DNA of 64,000 nt, from NCBI GenBank assembly GCA_037447605.1, contig CM074819.1, positions 1,510,297 to 1,574,296 on the forward strand, in the 5' to 3' direction. The stretch is from Zygnema circumcarinatum SAG 698-1b (lineage: Eukaryota > Plantae > Zygnematophyceae). Positions 42,312-55,214 of this stretch are shown one piece after another; position 1 is the stretch's first letter, and the number at the start of each line of letters is the position of its first letter. The notes below the pieces were generated by a model that saw only the letters and a list, made by a program, of their open reading frames with translations, did not search any database and was not told where the DNA came from. The position numbers were made by a program, and so were the translations under genes.

Positions 42312-43136
42312 ATGGCAGCTGTTCAGAGGGAAGGTAGGGAACGATGCTTATGTTTTATTAGCCCTTTTGGTGTCTCAGCGTGTTTTTCTTTTTCTCTGTC
42401 TTGGGGTTATTGCTGCTGCTTGTTGCTGTTTATTAGTTAAGCAGTTACATGGGTTTTTTTGGAGTGAATTTGATTCTGTAAGCCTGATATTAATAGAATC
42501 TAAAGGATAATCGACGAAAGGGTTTTCTGCGGAGGAGTTTTTTAAAGGCTAGGAATGTGCCTATACAGCATGAAAGAGAGAGAAAAAGGATGATCATCAT
42601 CATGTATGCGACCCAACATCGATCATATTTTAAATTTTATGTTGGAGGAGTTCAGGAGGGAATTCACGCGGTCCTCCGTCACTGCTGTCTCTTTGCGTCG
42701 CCTTCCTCGGCTGCCATTTGGACGAATTGATCGACGAGGCCCATCACTTCGTTCCTGCATTCCCAACGCCTGTCAGGGTAAACTTTTACTTTGCCAAAGG
42801 CGAGTTTTAGTGGAGGTCAGCGGCTGAATTAGGATTAAGGTGACGACTGGAATTGCACAAATTAGAGCTGTCGGGGCGTTGCCAGAGGGTTAAGCATTAA
42901 GGTTCATTAAGGTTAATTCGATTATCTGAGTGTCTGCTGACACTCTCCTGTTGTGACACGTGGCAGCAAGCCCTTGCCGGCATAGCCCGAAGGAGAGGCC
43001 TCATGTGTGATGAGCTCCTTCGGGCCCTCATCGATGACAGCTGGCGCGTTCTGGACGTCTCCGGTTCTGCCGTTACAGACGACGGAATCCGTTGCGCTGC
43101 TGACACGTGTTCACGCCTGGAGGCCGTTGACTTGAG
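42312..43136 (+). CDS. RNI-like/AMN1-type leucine-rich repeat protein, 5' part only (3' exons lost at the 100-N gap)
   Basis: Exons 42312-42333, 42656-42777 (GPPSLLSLCVAFLGCHLDELI) and 42967-43136 (ALAGIARRRGLMCDELLRALIDDSWRVLDVSGSAVTDDG...LEAVDL) resemble plant RNI-like proteins. An upstream in-frame ATG at 42117 is an alternative start. Confidence 0.8.
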
Positions 43137-43386
43137 GTATAAGGGTCCCTTTCCATGTCACAGTTTCTTTTCCAATTGCTTTCACTGTAGCGAACTCAGC
43201 CCAATTCAAGTTTTTTTTTAACGGAAGTTGCGAACCGTCCCCATGTGCGGCTTGAAACTGGGGGGGAGGCCGGAAGGGGTCGGCGGCAAAACTAAACCTT
43301 GGCAATCAGAAAAGGGAGGGAGCAGAAGGGGGAGGAGGTGAGGGGACAGGGAGCGGAGGATTATGGGGCAGGACGCTATGAAGAGA

Positions 43387-43482
<96 letters not shown>

Positions 43483-44353
43483 AGTGATGGAGAAGTGAAG
43501 GAGTAGGAAATGGACGAGAGAGGGAAGAGGGTGGAGGGAATAAAGAGAGCGAGAGAAGGAGGAGACTAATGAGTCAACGTTGGANNNNNNNNNNNNNNNN
43601 NNNNNNNNNNNNNNNNNNNNNNNNNNNNNNNNNNNNNNNNNNNNNNNNNNNNNNNNNNNNNNNNNNNNNNNNNNNNNNNNNNNNGGGATGCATGTTCTTC
43701 CGACATTGGAATCGTCGACGAGCTCGCGTGCAACTGCATGCAGGAACACGGGCAGAGAGCGCCACATCACGAGGGACAGATTTTTTTTTTTTTTTTTTTG
43801 ATATTTTTTTGTGGGGGGCAGATTGACGAAGGTGGACGACAGGGAGGAAACGATTGTTGGGCTGAACATTGGTCCCTGTTTTCCTTTCTATTTCGTCTTG
43901 TTTCGGAAGGAAAAAACAGTGCACCAAAAGTCCTCTTCAGTCAACCTTTGCTTTGGTCCTTTATGCTGTATTGCTTCAAGAGCGAAACTGCAACACTGAA
44001 TTTCGCCGCTGTCTGTGCGGACTGCGATCGATCACGCGAAGATGAGTCGTTTGCTTTCTGCCCTCTGTCAGACAGTTTCAAGAATTTTTCAATTTTTTAC
44101 ATTCGGCGCAGGGGATGCGAAGGACAGCACGCTCTTCACAGGAGGTGAGGGAGAGTCAAATTTGCTTTTGAAAAAACAAAAAGAATAAATAAGGAGAAGA
44201 AATGATAATATGTTTCAGGAAACTGATGCCATTTTTAAGATATATAATTTGGCTTCTAAAGCCAATCAAATGATGGAAGATTGCTCTCAAGCGCCACTGA
44301 AGCATTGATTTGGTTTTTTTTTTTTTTGTTCTATTTTTCTTAAGCAAATGCAG

Positions 44354-47300
44354 GACCACTTTCATCAAGCAGCCGCTCTCAAGAGGAGAGACCAATTCAG
44401 CAACTTGCTGATGAAACGAGGATGAAAATTTTTCGATTCGCAAAGCGATCAGGGACGGAGCATTGCAATTCTGCAATGAACGCTCTTTTCACCCTCCTTC
44501 ATACTCTTGAGAGCCTCGAGGTGAAGTTGGAAAAAAAGATGGCAATGGCTAATTTTTTTTCTGAGGGAGGGAGGGATGGAAATTGGCAAGCGCATCTCAT
44601 CATTTGAAACAAAGTCGCTGTTGGGAATCCTTGTGCAAACTGATATTGGAGTGAGAGAGAAGGAGAGAAGTGACAGAGGGGGAGGAAGAGTGGGGTGTGG
44701 GGGGAGAGGGAGGGGGGGAGGGAGGGAGGAGGGGGGGGGGGGTGAGATGGGGAAGAGCGCGTGAGGGAGGGGGAGAGGGAGAGANNNNNNNNNNGGGAGA
44801 GAGGCCTCAAGAGCGACAGAGGGAGAGTGGAGAGGGGGGAGAGGCAGAGAGGGGGGAGAGGGAAAGCGGGGGCGAGAGGGAGAGAGGGGGGAGAGGGAGA
44901 GAGTGGGAGAGTGGGAAAGAGAATGAGAGGGAGAGAGGGAGAGAAAAGAGGGGAGAAGAGGGGTAGGGGGGAGAGAAATGGAGGGAGAGGGGGAGGGATT
45001 GGGAGAGGGAGAGAGGGAGAGGGGGGGAGATGGATCGAGCGAGGAGAGGGAGAGCGGATGGGGAGAGAGCGAGGGTGGAGAGGGGGGGAGAGGGAGACGG
45101 GGCGGGGAGAGGGAGAGACGGAGAGAGAGTTGGAGCGGGAGAGAGGGAGAGGGAGGGAGGGCGGGTGGGAGAAAGAGAAAGAGAGGGAGATGGAGAGGGG
45201 GAGAGGGAGAAGGTGGGAGAGGGAGCGAGGGAGAGAGGGAGATAGGTAGGTAGGGAGTTGGAGTGAGGGGGGCGAGGGAGAGCGGGGGGGGGAGGGAGAG
45301 AGAGAGAAGGCGGGAGCGGCAGCGAGGGAGTGAGTGGGAGAGGGAGAGAGCGAGAACGAGAGAGGTAAACAGTGATAGAGCGAAAGAGAGGGAGGAGTGC
45401 GAGAGTGGAAAAGGTGGGGGGGGAGAGAGAGAAAGAGTGAGAGAGAGGTAGGGAAGACCTGCCACATTTACCCTCACTAGTAACTATCCTGGTTTTTGCT
45501 TTTCCCTGCAGAGAGGAAGCAGGAGGGAGAGCCAACAAGTGATGAGGGAAGCAATAGATCGTGCAGTTGCTGCCGAGCAGGAAGGGGCCAATACACCTCT
45601 CAACTTGCAGGTATGTAACCAAATTACTTTCATCTCACTCTACTTAAAAAATGATAAATATACTTAATATATACTATACTTAATATCAGAGGAACATGCT
45701 CTACGGAATCATTCGCTGCAATCATTTCTCCATTTGAACATTTCTTTCCTTCCTTTCTTTCTTTATCACTTTATTTCTGAAATTCTCACACCGGTAACTG
45801 TTTCTGTTGTTACCCGTTCCGAATTTTCCAATTGTTGCAGTGTACAATACTGCTGCTTGGAAAAAGTGGAGCTGGAAAAAGTACAGTTGTGAACATATTC
45901 CTTGGTGGGCCGATCGCCGATGCTTCTTCAAACAAAGGAACTAAAGCTGTGCGCGAATACAGACAAAGAGTACATGGGGTAGACTTCACTCTCATAGATA
46001 CGCCAGGTACAGTTTAAAAAATTTAAGTTGTGAAACAATTTCCACAACTTGTGGCTCATTCACAACAGTATTTCCATGCTGTCCTAAAAAACCCAGTTAA
46101 AAAAAAAGGTCACTAGTCTTATAGAGACTAGTGATGATTATTTCTTGTCTTATCTGGGTACTGGGTGGGACAAAAATTGAAAGATTTTATCTCAGACTCT
46201 TGAGGGTCTATGTACATTTGAAATCCTTAAACATTGTTTTTTCTCTTCTTTAGTTTTGACGGAAAACCGGTTCTTTTTTTATCGTCGCAGGTTTGCAGCC
46301 AGCTTCATCGGACAGAAAAATGAACGAAAAAATGCTTTCTTCACTCTCAAAATACCTCCAAGTGCGTGTTCTCTTTTCTTTTTGATTATTTTTACTTCTG
46401 CAGTTTAAAAGTAGAGAACTCAATTTTTTTTTAATGTGACATTGTACTTTGATCGTATCAGACCCACATTTTTTTTGTTGGGTTTTAGGGTTTTTTATTT
46501 GTGCAGTTGCATGCTTCTGAAAGCTTGACCTAGAACTGGAAGTTTTTTTTTTTTACAGAGGAAGAAGAAAAAGATTGATCTCATTCTTTACTGTGAGCGG
46601 CTTGACACAAAAGTTGAGGAAATTTCTGAACTGCAAATTCTGCTCACGATATCTTCGGTATGTTTAAGATGTCACTTTCTTCCGTAACTTACAAAGCCCC
46701 CCACAGAATAAATAGGTGTTATTTTAGGTTTAGGAACTATCAAAATTATAAGTTTATAATTCTGCATCTTCGGTATGCAGAATATGCCCTCCTGATGGAA
46801 GCTATGGATGATTGGATTGGATAAAGGGATGGGAAGAAATAAAGAAAGGGAATGAATGAGAAAAAGCCATGAATCTGCATTGCTTGAGAGACAAAATTTC
46901 AATGTTTCTCAGCAATTAGGGCTATTTTTGCAATGCAGATTCTTGGCTCGAGGAGCTGGCTTCGAACTTCGATCTTATTTACTCATGCATTAACTCCAAT
47001 TGGAGCTAATTTCAATGAGCAAGATCTTCATCCTGAGTATGCAGCTGAGAGAAAATCCCACATCTTTCGGAGGCTTATTTCTGAGGTCAGCTATTTTGAC
47101 TTACATAAAACCTTTTCTAATGATGATGACAAGTTATTCAATAGCATAGGACTGTGGCTTAGGCTTTTTTTTTATTTTTTTATTTAAAGAATTATTGTAA
47201 TCGATAGGGGTTGCAGGCTGCAGGGCCGAGTTTGGACATGGGCCTAAATCCATTCGCCCTAATTGACGCTAACGACAAAATGGAAGAATCTCCCTTAGCC

Positions 47301-49054
47301 GGAAAGTGGCTTCCTAACATCTTCTCAATGTGCTGTGCTCTTAAACTTCTCAATGAAGTCGAAGAAAAAGCCACCACCCATCACAGCTATCTTGCATGGG
47401 ATGGAGAACAGAGGGAGTGGGAAAGTCTTTTCAGTGGTGAAGGAGAGGGAGAGGGAGAAGGAGAGGGCGAGAGAGAGGATTTTTGGAAGGGGTCATTGGC
47501 TTGCCTCTTAGATGAAGAGCTTTCTTCTATCCGGGATTCAGTTGTTGGAAGAAAAGAAGCCACTCTTAGAAACGGTGCAAGTGAGGGTTTTTTTCCTCAT
47601 ACGGAGAATCTAAGGAGGCCAAATACAAGTGGGGAAGAAGGAAGCAAAGATCGGCAGTTAGGGTTTGAGGAAGGTGATGATCTGCAATCTCAGCAAAGTC
47701 CGTACAGTCAGCCAGTGAAGATTCAGCGCTCCTTTCGAATATTATCCGATAAGGTGCTCGACTTACTGCATTTAAATAACGGTTTTTTTCTTTTTTTGGT
47801 CAAATTTTCATCAACAACATCTTTCGACTTCTGAATGCATTGTATACACATTAACTCCTTACCTTCTGTCCATTACATGATTAAAATTGTTGAATTTGTG
47901 GTGCAGATAGCTGTGCTTCTCAAGGGAGCCTTCTCTGCAAATAAGACGAAGGGAATAGAGGCTGAATTTGCAGCACATGGAGCAGGAATGTACGGACCCC
48001 GTGAATGTCAGGGGAGTCTGCAGCTGCAAAAACTCCCTTGGATCGACTGCTACGGTTGTGCAGGTATTCTAACTTCAAGTTCTAGTCACATTTTTTTTTC
48101 GGCTTATTTGCTACATAGAAAGCAGCTTAGCTAAGCTATTTCTCACCTCTTCCCTCCTCCGCTTTTTCTTTTCGTTGGAAGTCCTAATTATTAGGGGGAG
48201 GTAATGCAGCCAGAGCAGCGATACGTGCGAAACCAACTGCATGGAACTGCGTAGGTGTCGGCGCAACAGCTCTCTTTGCAGATGACGGAACTGGGCAGAC
48301 AGAGAAAAGGGAAAGAACGGCGATGGGTTTGAAGATTGAGGACAGCTTGCAGCTCTCCGAGAACATCTTCATAAGTGCAGCAGCAGGGGTTGTCGGAGCT
48401 CGACGAGAAATTGCAAAAGGAGCACAAATAGAAGCGGATATATGCAATGGTGCTCGTTCTGGGAGGGATAATGTTCCTTTTAAAGAGAGGGAAATGCTGC
48501 AGAGGGGGCGTGTGGGCTTGGGAATAATGCTTTTGAAAGCGGCTGGTAGGGTTGTGACATCTGGCAACTTGCGAACAGATATAACATGTGAAGGTATGTG
48601 GGTTGGTACCTTTCAGAGTGTAAGGGGGATTGCTTTCATGTCTATTGTCAAAGCTGTTTATGGGTACGTGAGCTTTCAAGAAATTAGGGTTTGTCATAGC
48701 AAAAAGTAGGCGGTATCTTGCAGCATGGTACCATAGAATGGACTTCTCATGCATGCAAGGGCGGGCTGGAGGTCCCATGCAGGTGGGCTTAGAGTGCAGG
48801 CAGGTGCCTGTATGACATCCAGCGGCTACGGGCACATCGCAGCGAGCGTGCTCAGCCATGGCCTCCCTGAAGCAGTGCCTCTCCTCCTCTTGCCGGCTGG
48901 CTATGGCGCTCTGTGGGCCTCCCGCTTCTTCTCGGGGACGGGAGGAGAGAGGAGGGAGGAGGGAGGAGAGAGGGAGCAGGAAGGAGTGAGGGGTTGGCTC
49001 AGAGAGGCGTCTGATCGCCCTGAAAGACGTGTGGCTGATCTGCAGCCCGCGTGA
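44354..49054 (+). CDS. Toc159/Toc90-family chloroplast import receptor GTPase, divergent; 5' end unresolved
   Basis: Exons 44354-44520, 45512-45610, 45841-46006, 46291-46361, 46559-46657, 46939-47085, 47217-47753, 47907-48063, 48195-48593 and 48783-49054 (about 703 codons, phases join). G-domain motifs CTILLLGKSGAGKS, DTPG, LYCERLD and THA; M-domain-like GLKIEDSL...AKGAQIE. Possible extra upstream exons at 44112-44144 and 43822-43871 are weak. Confidence 0.82.
44650..45440. repeat. G/A-rich low-complexity tract in a Toc gene intron (contains a 10-N gap)
   Basis: Direct reading. Confidence 0.9.
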
Positions 49055-50388
49055 GTACAAACCCTAAAGCACTAGAAAACCCTAAAATCCTAAAACCCCG
49101 AGTTTCTAAAACCCTAAAGCCTACAAGAAGAAGTCCCCCCTCCTATAGAACACTGCTCGCCTGCTTCAAGATGGGCCATGGCTTGAGCCTGCGCTCGGAC
49201 TCCTTGCTTGGCTTTCTGGAACGAAAGGGGAGGGTGGGGCCCGGGGGGGATCCAATGTGTAAATAGAAAAAGAAAAAAAGTGGGGCTGAAATTTTGTGAT
49301 GTGGCCTTCGTGGGTGGACCGTGGAATGTGAGTGCTATGTCCATGTTTTGCTGGCGTTGTGCGCCGTTTAACGGTGATGGGGAACATAGAGATCACAGAT
49401 TCTGAAATGTGAATTACAGACTCGGATATTCACGAATCAGATGACAAATCAGATCTTATGAGATCTTCTTGTACGCATGACAGCCAATGATATTGCCTCC
49501 TTAGATATGATTTCTGATACTGTAAGGTCTAGAATCTAGAGAAAAGTCCATACTGTACGAATGCCGTGGCATAGGCCTGTACGGATCAACGCTTCGCGCC
49601 GCGATCGTATCCTGAATTTTAAAATTTTTGAAAATATTTCGTGGTAAGCAAAACTTTTCTGCAACTAATTTATGCAAACTTTTGGTCCCTGCGGAGGAGA
49701 CCAAGGCTGTAATTACTTCCAGGATTCTCATTGTCTCATTCTCATTACAGTACATTAATCGTTGCGAAAGAATTTTTTTTGTGGGAAAAGAAAAATGGAG
49801 AGTTTTCTTCCAACGTTATATATTACACCAAAAAAGAGTTGGAAAAAAACTTTGGGCTGCCCGCCCGGCGGCTGACGTCCTTTTCCATCCAAAAAGCGCG
49901 GCGGTGCAAATATCTGCCGACGGCGGTCAGGTTGATCTCGCACGTGTGCTAGATCGCGGCCATCCACGTGGATCTTGGAACGCACGGGCCGTCCGATGCG
50001 CCTGCGAACGCCTCCACGTTGGCTGGGAGGCTGGGCGGGAGCGGGAGAGGGAGAGGGAGAGGGAGAGGGAGAGAGAGAGTAGGAGAGGGAGTGGGAGAGA
50101 GGGAGAGGGGGAGAGGGGGAGAGGGGGACAGTGGGAGAGAGGGAGTGAGGGAGAGAGGGAGAGGGAGAGGGAGAGAGTGGGAGAGCGGGAGAGGGAGAGA
50201 GTGGGAGAGACTGAGTGGGAGAGGAAGAGGGAGAGGGAGAGGGAGAGAGGGGAGAGTGAGTGGGGAAGACAGCGAGGAGAAGAGAGGGGCGAGAGGGGAG
50301 AGAGTGGGGAGAGAAGGGAGGGGAGAGAGAGGGGAGACAAGAGAAAGGGAGGAGAGGCGGGAGGGCGGTAGAAGGTCGTGTTGCAAGA

Positions 50389-53300
50389 ATGGCGCAAGCA
50401 GTGATATGGGTCAACTCTGCCCTTGTTGCATCCATTGCGTCTTCTGCCTCTGTCTACACTTCCTCCTGTAACAGAAACCCTAAAGCTGTCGCTCTCGCCT
50501 CCGACTTCCTGCAGCCCTTGCATCTGCTTTCTCCTGAAGCTCGCTCCGGCAGCAGCGAGAGACAGAGAGAGAGACAGAGATTGAGACAGAGGGAGCAACA
50601 GAGAGAGAGACATAGAGAGAGACAGAAACAGGGAGGCTCCCACTCGCCTTGCATTCTAGCGGCTGCAAGAGAGGGAGGTGCTTCTACCGATGGCCCTGGA
50701 GGGGCGCACCACTTTACAGGGCCCGGGGTGTCGCCGAACGGCCGCGTGGCAGGCAATGGGGCACAATGCAGCGACAGCAGCTCCTCCCCCGCAAGCCACG
50801 TCCCATCGGCGGCGATATCTGGGCCTTTTACTGACTCGGAAAGCACTCAATTGGAGCAAAAATCTTTCCTGAAATCTCTTTCATCTGCAGAATATTGGCC
50901 CTCTCATTTAAAGGAATTTCCAGGTGCAGCTCATGCAAGAGAAGCTGCTCGTCGTGGAAAGTTAAAGGACGCTCCTTCGACGCATTTTTCAGGGCGGAAT
51001 GCGCTTGAAAAGGGCAGTCGAGTGGCAGTAGTCGGTGCCGGAGTTAGCGGAATGGTGTCTGCGAAGCTATTGATGGAAGCAGGATATGAAGTGACTGTGT
51101 TTGAAGCAAGAGAGAAGATTGGAGGGATATGGGCGAGAACATATGCAAGCACAAGTCTTCAAACTCCACGAATTGCATACCGGTTTTCGGATTGGGAGTG
51201 GCCAGATTCTGCACCCATGAATCCCAGCCACCGAGAGGTTGTTGAATATCTGCAGGGCTATGCGAACCATTTTGGAGTTTACAATAAAATTCGGTTCAAT
51301 ACCCGCATTGTGGAGATGCAGGAAGCGGAGGGAAGCGAGCGGGGGTGGAGATTGCGGGTGAAAGGTGGAGAGAGTGGAGGAAGAGATGGAGAGACAGAGC
51401 TGGTGAGCCGAAGTTTGTATAACAATGAGAATGTCGGGTGGTAGAGGAGATGAGTGTAACGGTTGCTTTGCTGTAAAACCCTACGATCCAGTTAAGGACA
51501 TGTAACCTACTTTTCAAGTTTCAGGTTTTCTGCTGAAAGCCTTAAATATTGTGGTTTGTGGTTTGTTGCAGTGGCTACATTATGACTTTGTGGTGATGTG
51601 CTGCGGCTGCTTCAGCGGGGTTCCGCATATTCCGAAGTTCGAATCTGGGAAAGGGCTGGAGGCTTTTAAGGGGACGACCATGCACTCGGCACAATACTCT
51701 GAACTTGATGAAGCTGCTTCCCGTTCTCTCCTGCACGGAAAGAAGGTAGTGGTAGTGGGGTTCCAGAAGACTGCTATCGATGTGGTATTGGAGTCCGCCG
51801 AAATAAACCGAGGTGCGTCTGAGTATTGGACTTTCTCTTCTTTGTGTACTTTTCATTTCTGGCGTATCTTTACTTCATTTTCTACCTCCATTCCTTTCCT
51901 TCCTTCCTTTCTTCCCTTCTTCCCTCCCGTCCTCCGTCCATTTCTTCCCTCTCAACCTCCCTTCATCTCACACTCTACCTCTCTCCTCTGAAACAACCAA
52001 TGTTTTGTTTGATGGGCCAAAGAACTTAATGAGGCATTCAGGGGGGGGCATGGAGTATGGATTGCAGGTTCTGAATCCGCTCAGAGCACTCTCCTCTTCC
52101 GCAAAACCCACTGGCTCGTGCCTCGGGATCAGATGGTCTGTGGGGTCCACCTCAAGTACATTCTCCTCACACGTTTTGTGGAACTCTTCTTTCCTTATCC
52201 TCAACAGGGAATACTCCGCACAATACTGCAAAAACTTGTTCCCGTGGTAAGCTCCATCGGCCTCTACGGTTTTTGACATCTCCTCAAGTTCACCCTTTTT
52301 GGATTTTCCGAGGGCTCCCTCTCTCTCTCTCTCTCTACCTCTCTCACGCTCCCTCTCCACCACTGTGCTGAGTGCTGCAGTACTGTAAGTGCTGTACCAC
52401 CACTTTCTTAACTGCTGTCCAAAGTACAGACCTATCTGCCATACAATCTCCTGACATTCTGGGTGGGCTTTTCTCTCTCTGTTGCAGCGTCAAGTCTTGA
52501 ATTCGATGGTTGAGCGATACCTGAAACAAAGATATCCCCTAGAGAAGTACAATCTAATTCCTTCCCACTCCTTCCACGATGACGTCTCAGCCTGCATTCT
52601 ACCGCAGCTTCCTCCTACCTTCTTCCCTCTTGTGGAGGAGGGCAGCATACGGCTGCAAAAATCTGCCACTTGGCACTTCACTTCTGCGGGAATCGCATTA
52701 GAGGATGGCAGGCAGCTTGAGGCAGACGTGGTGGTTCTATGCACGGGATATGATGGGCTGGGAAAGTTGAGGGGGCTGCTTCCTCCCCACTATGGTAGCA
52801 AGCTCGCCAGTCCTGGCCAGAGCCTTTCTTTGTACAGGTCAGTCCGAAACCTAAAACCACAAGGATTCCCCTTGACTCTCTCCCTCTCTTTATATCTCTC
52901 TCTCCCTCGACTTTGCCATTTCTCTCGCCCTCTCCTCTCACTACACCTTCCCTTCTCTCCCGCTCCACCTCCATTTCCCTCTCGCTCGTCCCCTCCCAAT
53001 TTCTCCCCATAATCTGTCGCCTAAGGCCCTCAGCCTGCGACATTGCTGCCTTCTCTGAAGAAGCCTTTCAAATCCTAAATGCTCTCCCTCTCCCTCTCTC
53101 TCTCTCTCTGGCTCACTCTCCCTACCTCTCCCATCCTCTCTCTCCCCCTCTCTCTCTGACTCTCTCTCCCACCTCACCATCTCTCCCCTTCTCTCTCTCT
53201 CTCCCTCCCTCCCTCCCTCCCTCCCTCCCTTCCTCCCTCCCTCCCTTCCTCCCTCCCTCCCTCCCTCCCTCTGTAACCTCTCTCCCACAGAGGAGTGCTC

Positions 53301-53759
53301 CATCCTCGCATCCCCAACATGGCCTTCATCGGCTTCCACGAGGGTCTGTCGAGCATGCACAGCGCGGAGATGGGAGCGCGGTGGCTCTCTAAGCTCCTCC
53401 AGGGCGCATTCTCCCTCCCCGAGGCGGTAGCCATGGAGGCAGAGTGTAGCAAGTGGTGGACCTTCAAGAATTCCCAAACTCCCTTTGCGGGCAGAGTCTC
53501 CTGTGTGGCTCCCATTCACATGTGGCACTTTGATGCTCTCTGCCGCGACATGGGATGGGACCCCATGAGGAAGAAAGGGTTTGTGGCCAATTGGTTCACG
53601 CCACATGGCAGCGTCGACTACGTTGAGACGGCTCCCTCTGTGAGAGACTCTCCCGAGGAGGAGAAGTTGAGGGAGAGGGAGGAGCTGCTTCCACTGACTG
53701 CTGTTCCGAGCAGCCGGGACGTTGCGAAACCTAATTTTGGTGAGCTTGTTGAAACTTGA
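50389..53759 (+). CDS. Flavin-containing monooxygenase, FMO1-like (plant clade I), 5 exons, 750 aa with a 210-aa N-terminal extension
   Basis: Exons 50389-51402, 51572-51812, 52068-52246, 52488-52837 and 53291-53759 (2253 nt). FAD motif VAVVGAGVSG, FMO motif FKGTTMHSAQY, NADPH site VVVGFQKTAID, LCTGY, and a C-terminus DALCRDMGWDPMRK...WFTPHGSVDY resembling Arabidopsis FMO1. Confidence 0.92.
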
Positions 53760-55214
53760 ATGGGAATCTAGGGATTTGGGAAATTAGGTTAGGGATATAG
53801 GGATTTAGGATCTTGGTTGTAAATAGTTTACCTGTTGGTGCTGGAGGCATTGGAGGGAGGGGGGGAGGGAGAGCGGGGGAGAAGAGGTGGTGATTATTTA
53901 TTCGGAGTGTTAAGGACTCGGTGGGGCCCTCGCTGGTAGAGTGTCCTGCTGGAGTAGCCTCCTGGAAAGCATAAAAAGAAAGAAGGTTAAATCAACTTTT
54001 CTTCTATTGACTTCGTCTTTACTACATGTAACATTTCGATCCTGTCGCAAGACACGGATCAATAAAAAGAAGGGAATCCAAAGCCCCGAAATGGAGCTTT
54101 ACGCTTGCATGGAACCCTACATGTTCCTCTTGGGATTTTCAGTTAGGACGGGGTTTAGCCTTTGATGAGAGAGGGGGTCTCAGTGGACAGGATTCAGAAA
54201 AGAAAGGTCAGATAATTTGTTGTTGTAAATGCAATATGCCCCGAGAAAAGAGACGTGGAGAATGAACCCATAAATTCAGCAAATATGGCGTGTGCTTTGA
54301 TCTAAACGTTGAAGAAATTTCCCTTTTTCCATCTGTATCGAACTACATGTTCCACAATGATTTATAATAGTTTAGTGTAGGGTGAAAATGAAGAAAGGGA
54401 CACACTGAAATGGGCTTAAGCCTCCGACCTGGCTCCGCAGAAGGAGGCTCTTTTGCCGAGGAGTTTTACAATATGGACAAACTCGCTTATACCTATAGTG
54501 GACAAGGAGAGTGAGACAGTGAGGGAGAGAGAGAGTGGGGGAGAGGGAAGGGGAGGGAGAGTTAGAAGGGGATGGGGGGAAGGGGGAGAGAGAGAGATGG
54601 GAGGAAAGAGATGTATGCATTATTCGTATCCTAGTGGAGCTGTACTGTCCAGTTACTCTGAAGGGCATGCAATTGACAGTCTTGAAGCGTCCTGCATCCC
54701 TCAGTGCCCTTTAACAACCGCGATTCGATGGCTTCACGCTTTTCTTGATGTCATCATCAAGGGTCGCCGACGTACCGTTTGGTTCATGATTAGTGGCCTG
54801 TGTTGCATAGTATTTGTTATGAGAACATGAGCATCTCGAGACCACAGAATTGTTCGAAAGGCCTTTGTATAAATAATCTTTGCGGAGATGGATGGGGATA
54901 ATTTCTTGACTTTCTGATTAAGCTATGGTTTTGACATATAACATAATCGTGAGCCATCTTCATCGCTCGGATTCCTTCATACGCCGACCAATGATTTTAG
55001 GGCTTTTAGGGGTAGCGCTATTAGGGGTGGGTCTTGCTTTCTCCTATTCCGCCTACATATTCGCGATGAGAGGGGAAAGAATGGACTCATACTCAGGATG
55101 GGAGCACCCTCAAATTACAACACGACAAAAAATTAACGGATTGACCCAATTGCGAGGTTCGAAACGAGCTGCATTGACTGAGGGCTAACTCGAGGGCTTT
55201 TCGCAACAAGGCCC

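Noticed and set aside
44449-50435. Long S/P/L or R/E/G ORFs at 44449-45622 and 49755-50435
   Set aside because: They overlie GA tracts in a Toc intron and the FMO 5' region.
54372-55188. CPYC-containing ORF (54372-54668, -) and hydrophobic 87-aa ORF (54925-55188, +)
   Set aside because: No phase-consistent multi-exon model or recognisable family could be built; they may be chance.
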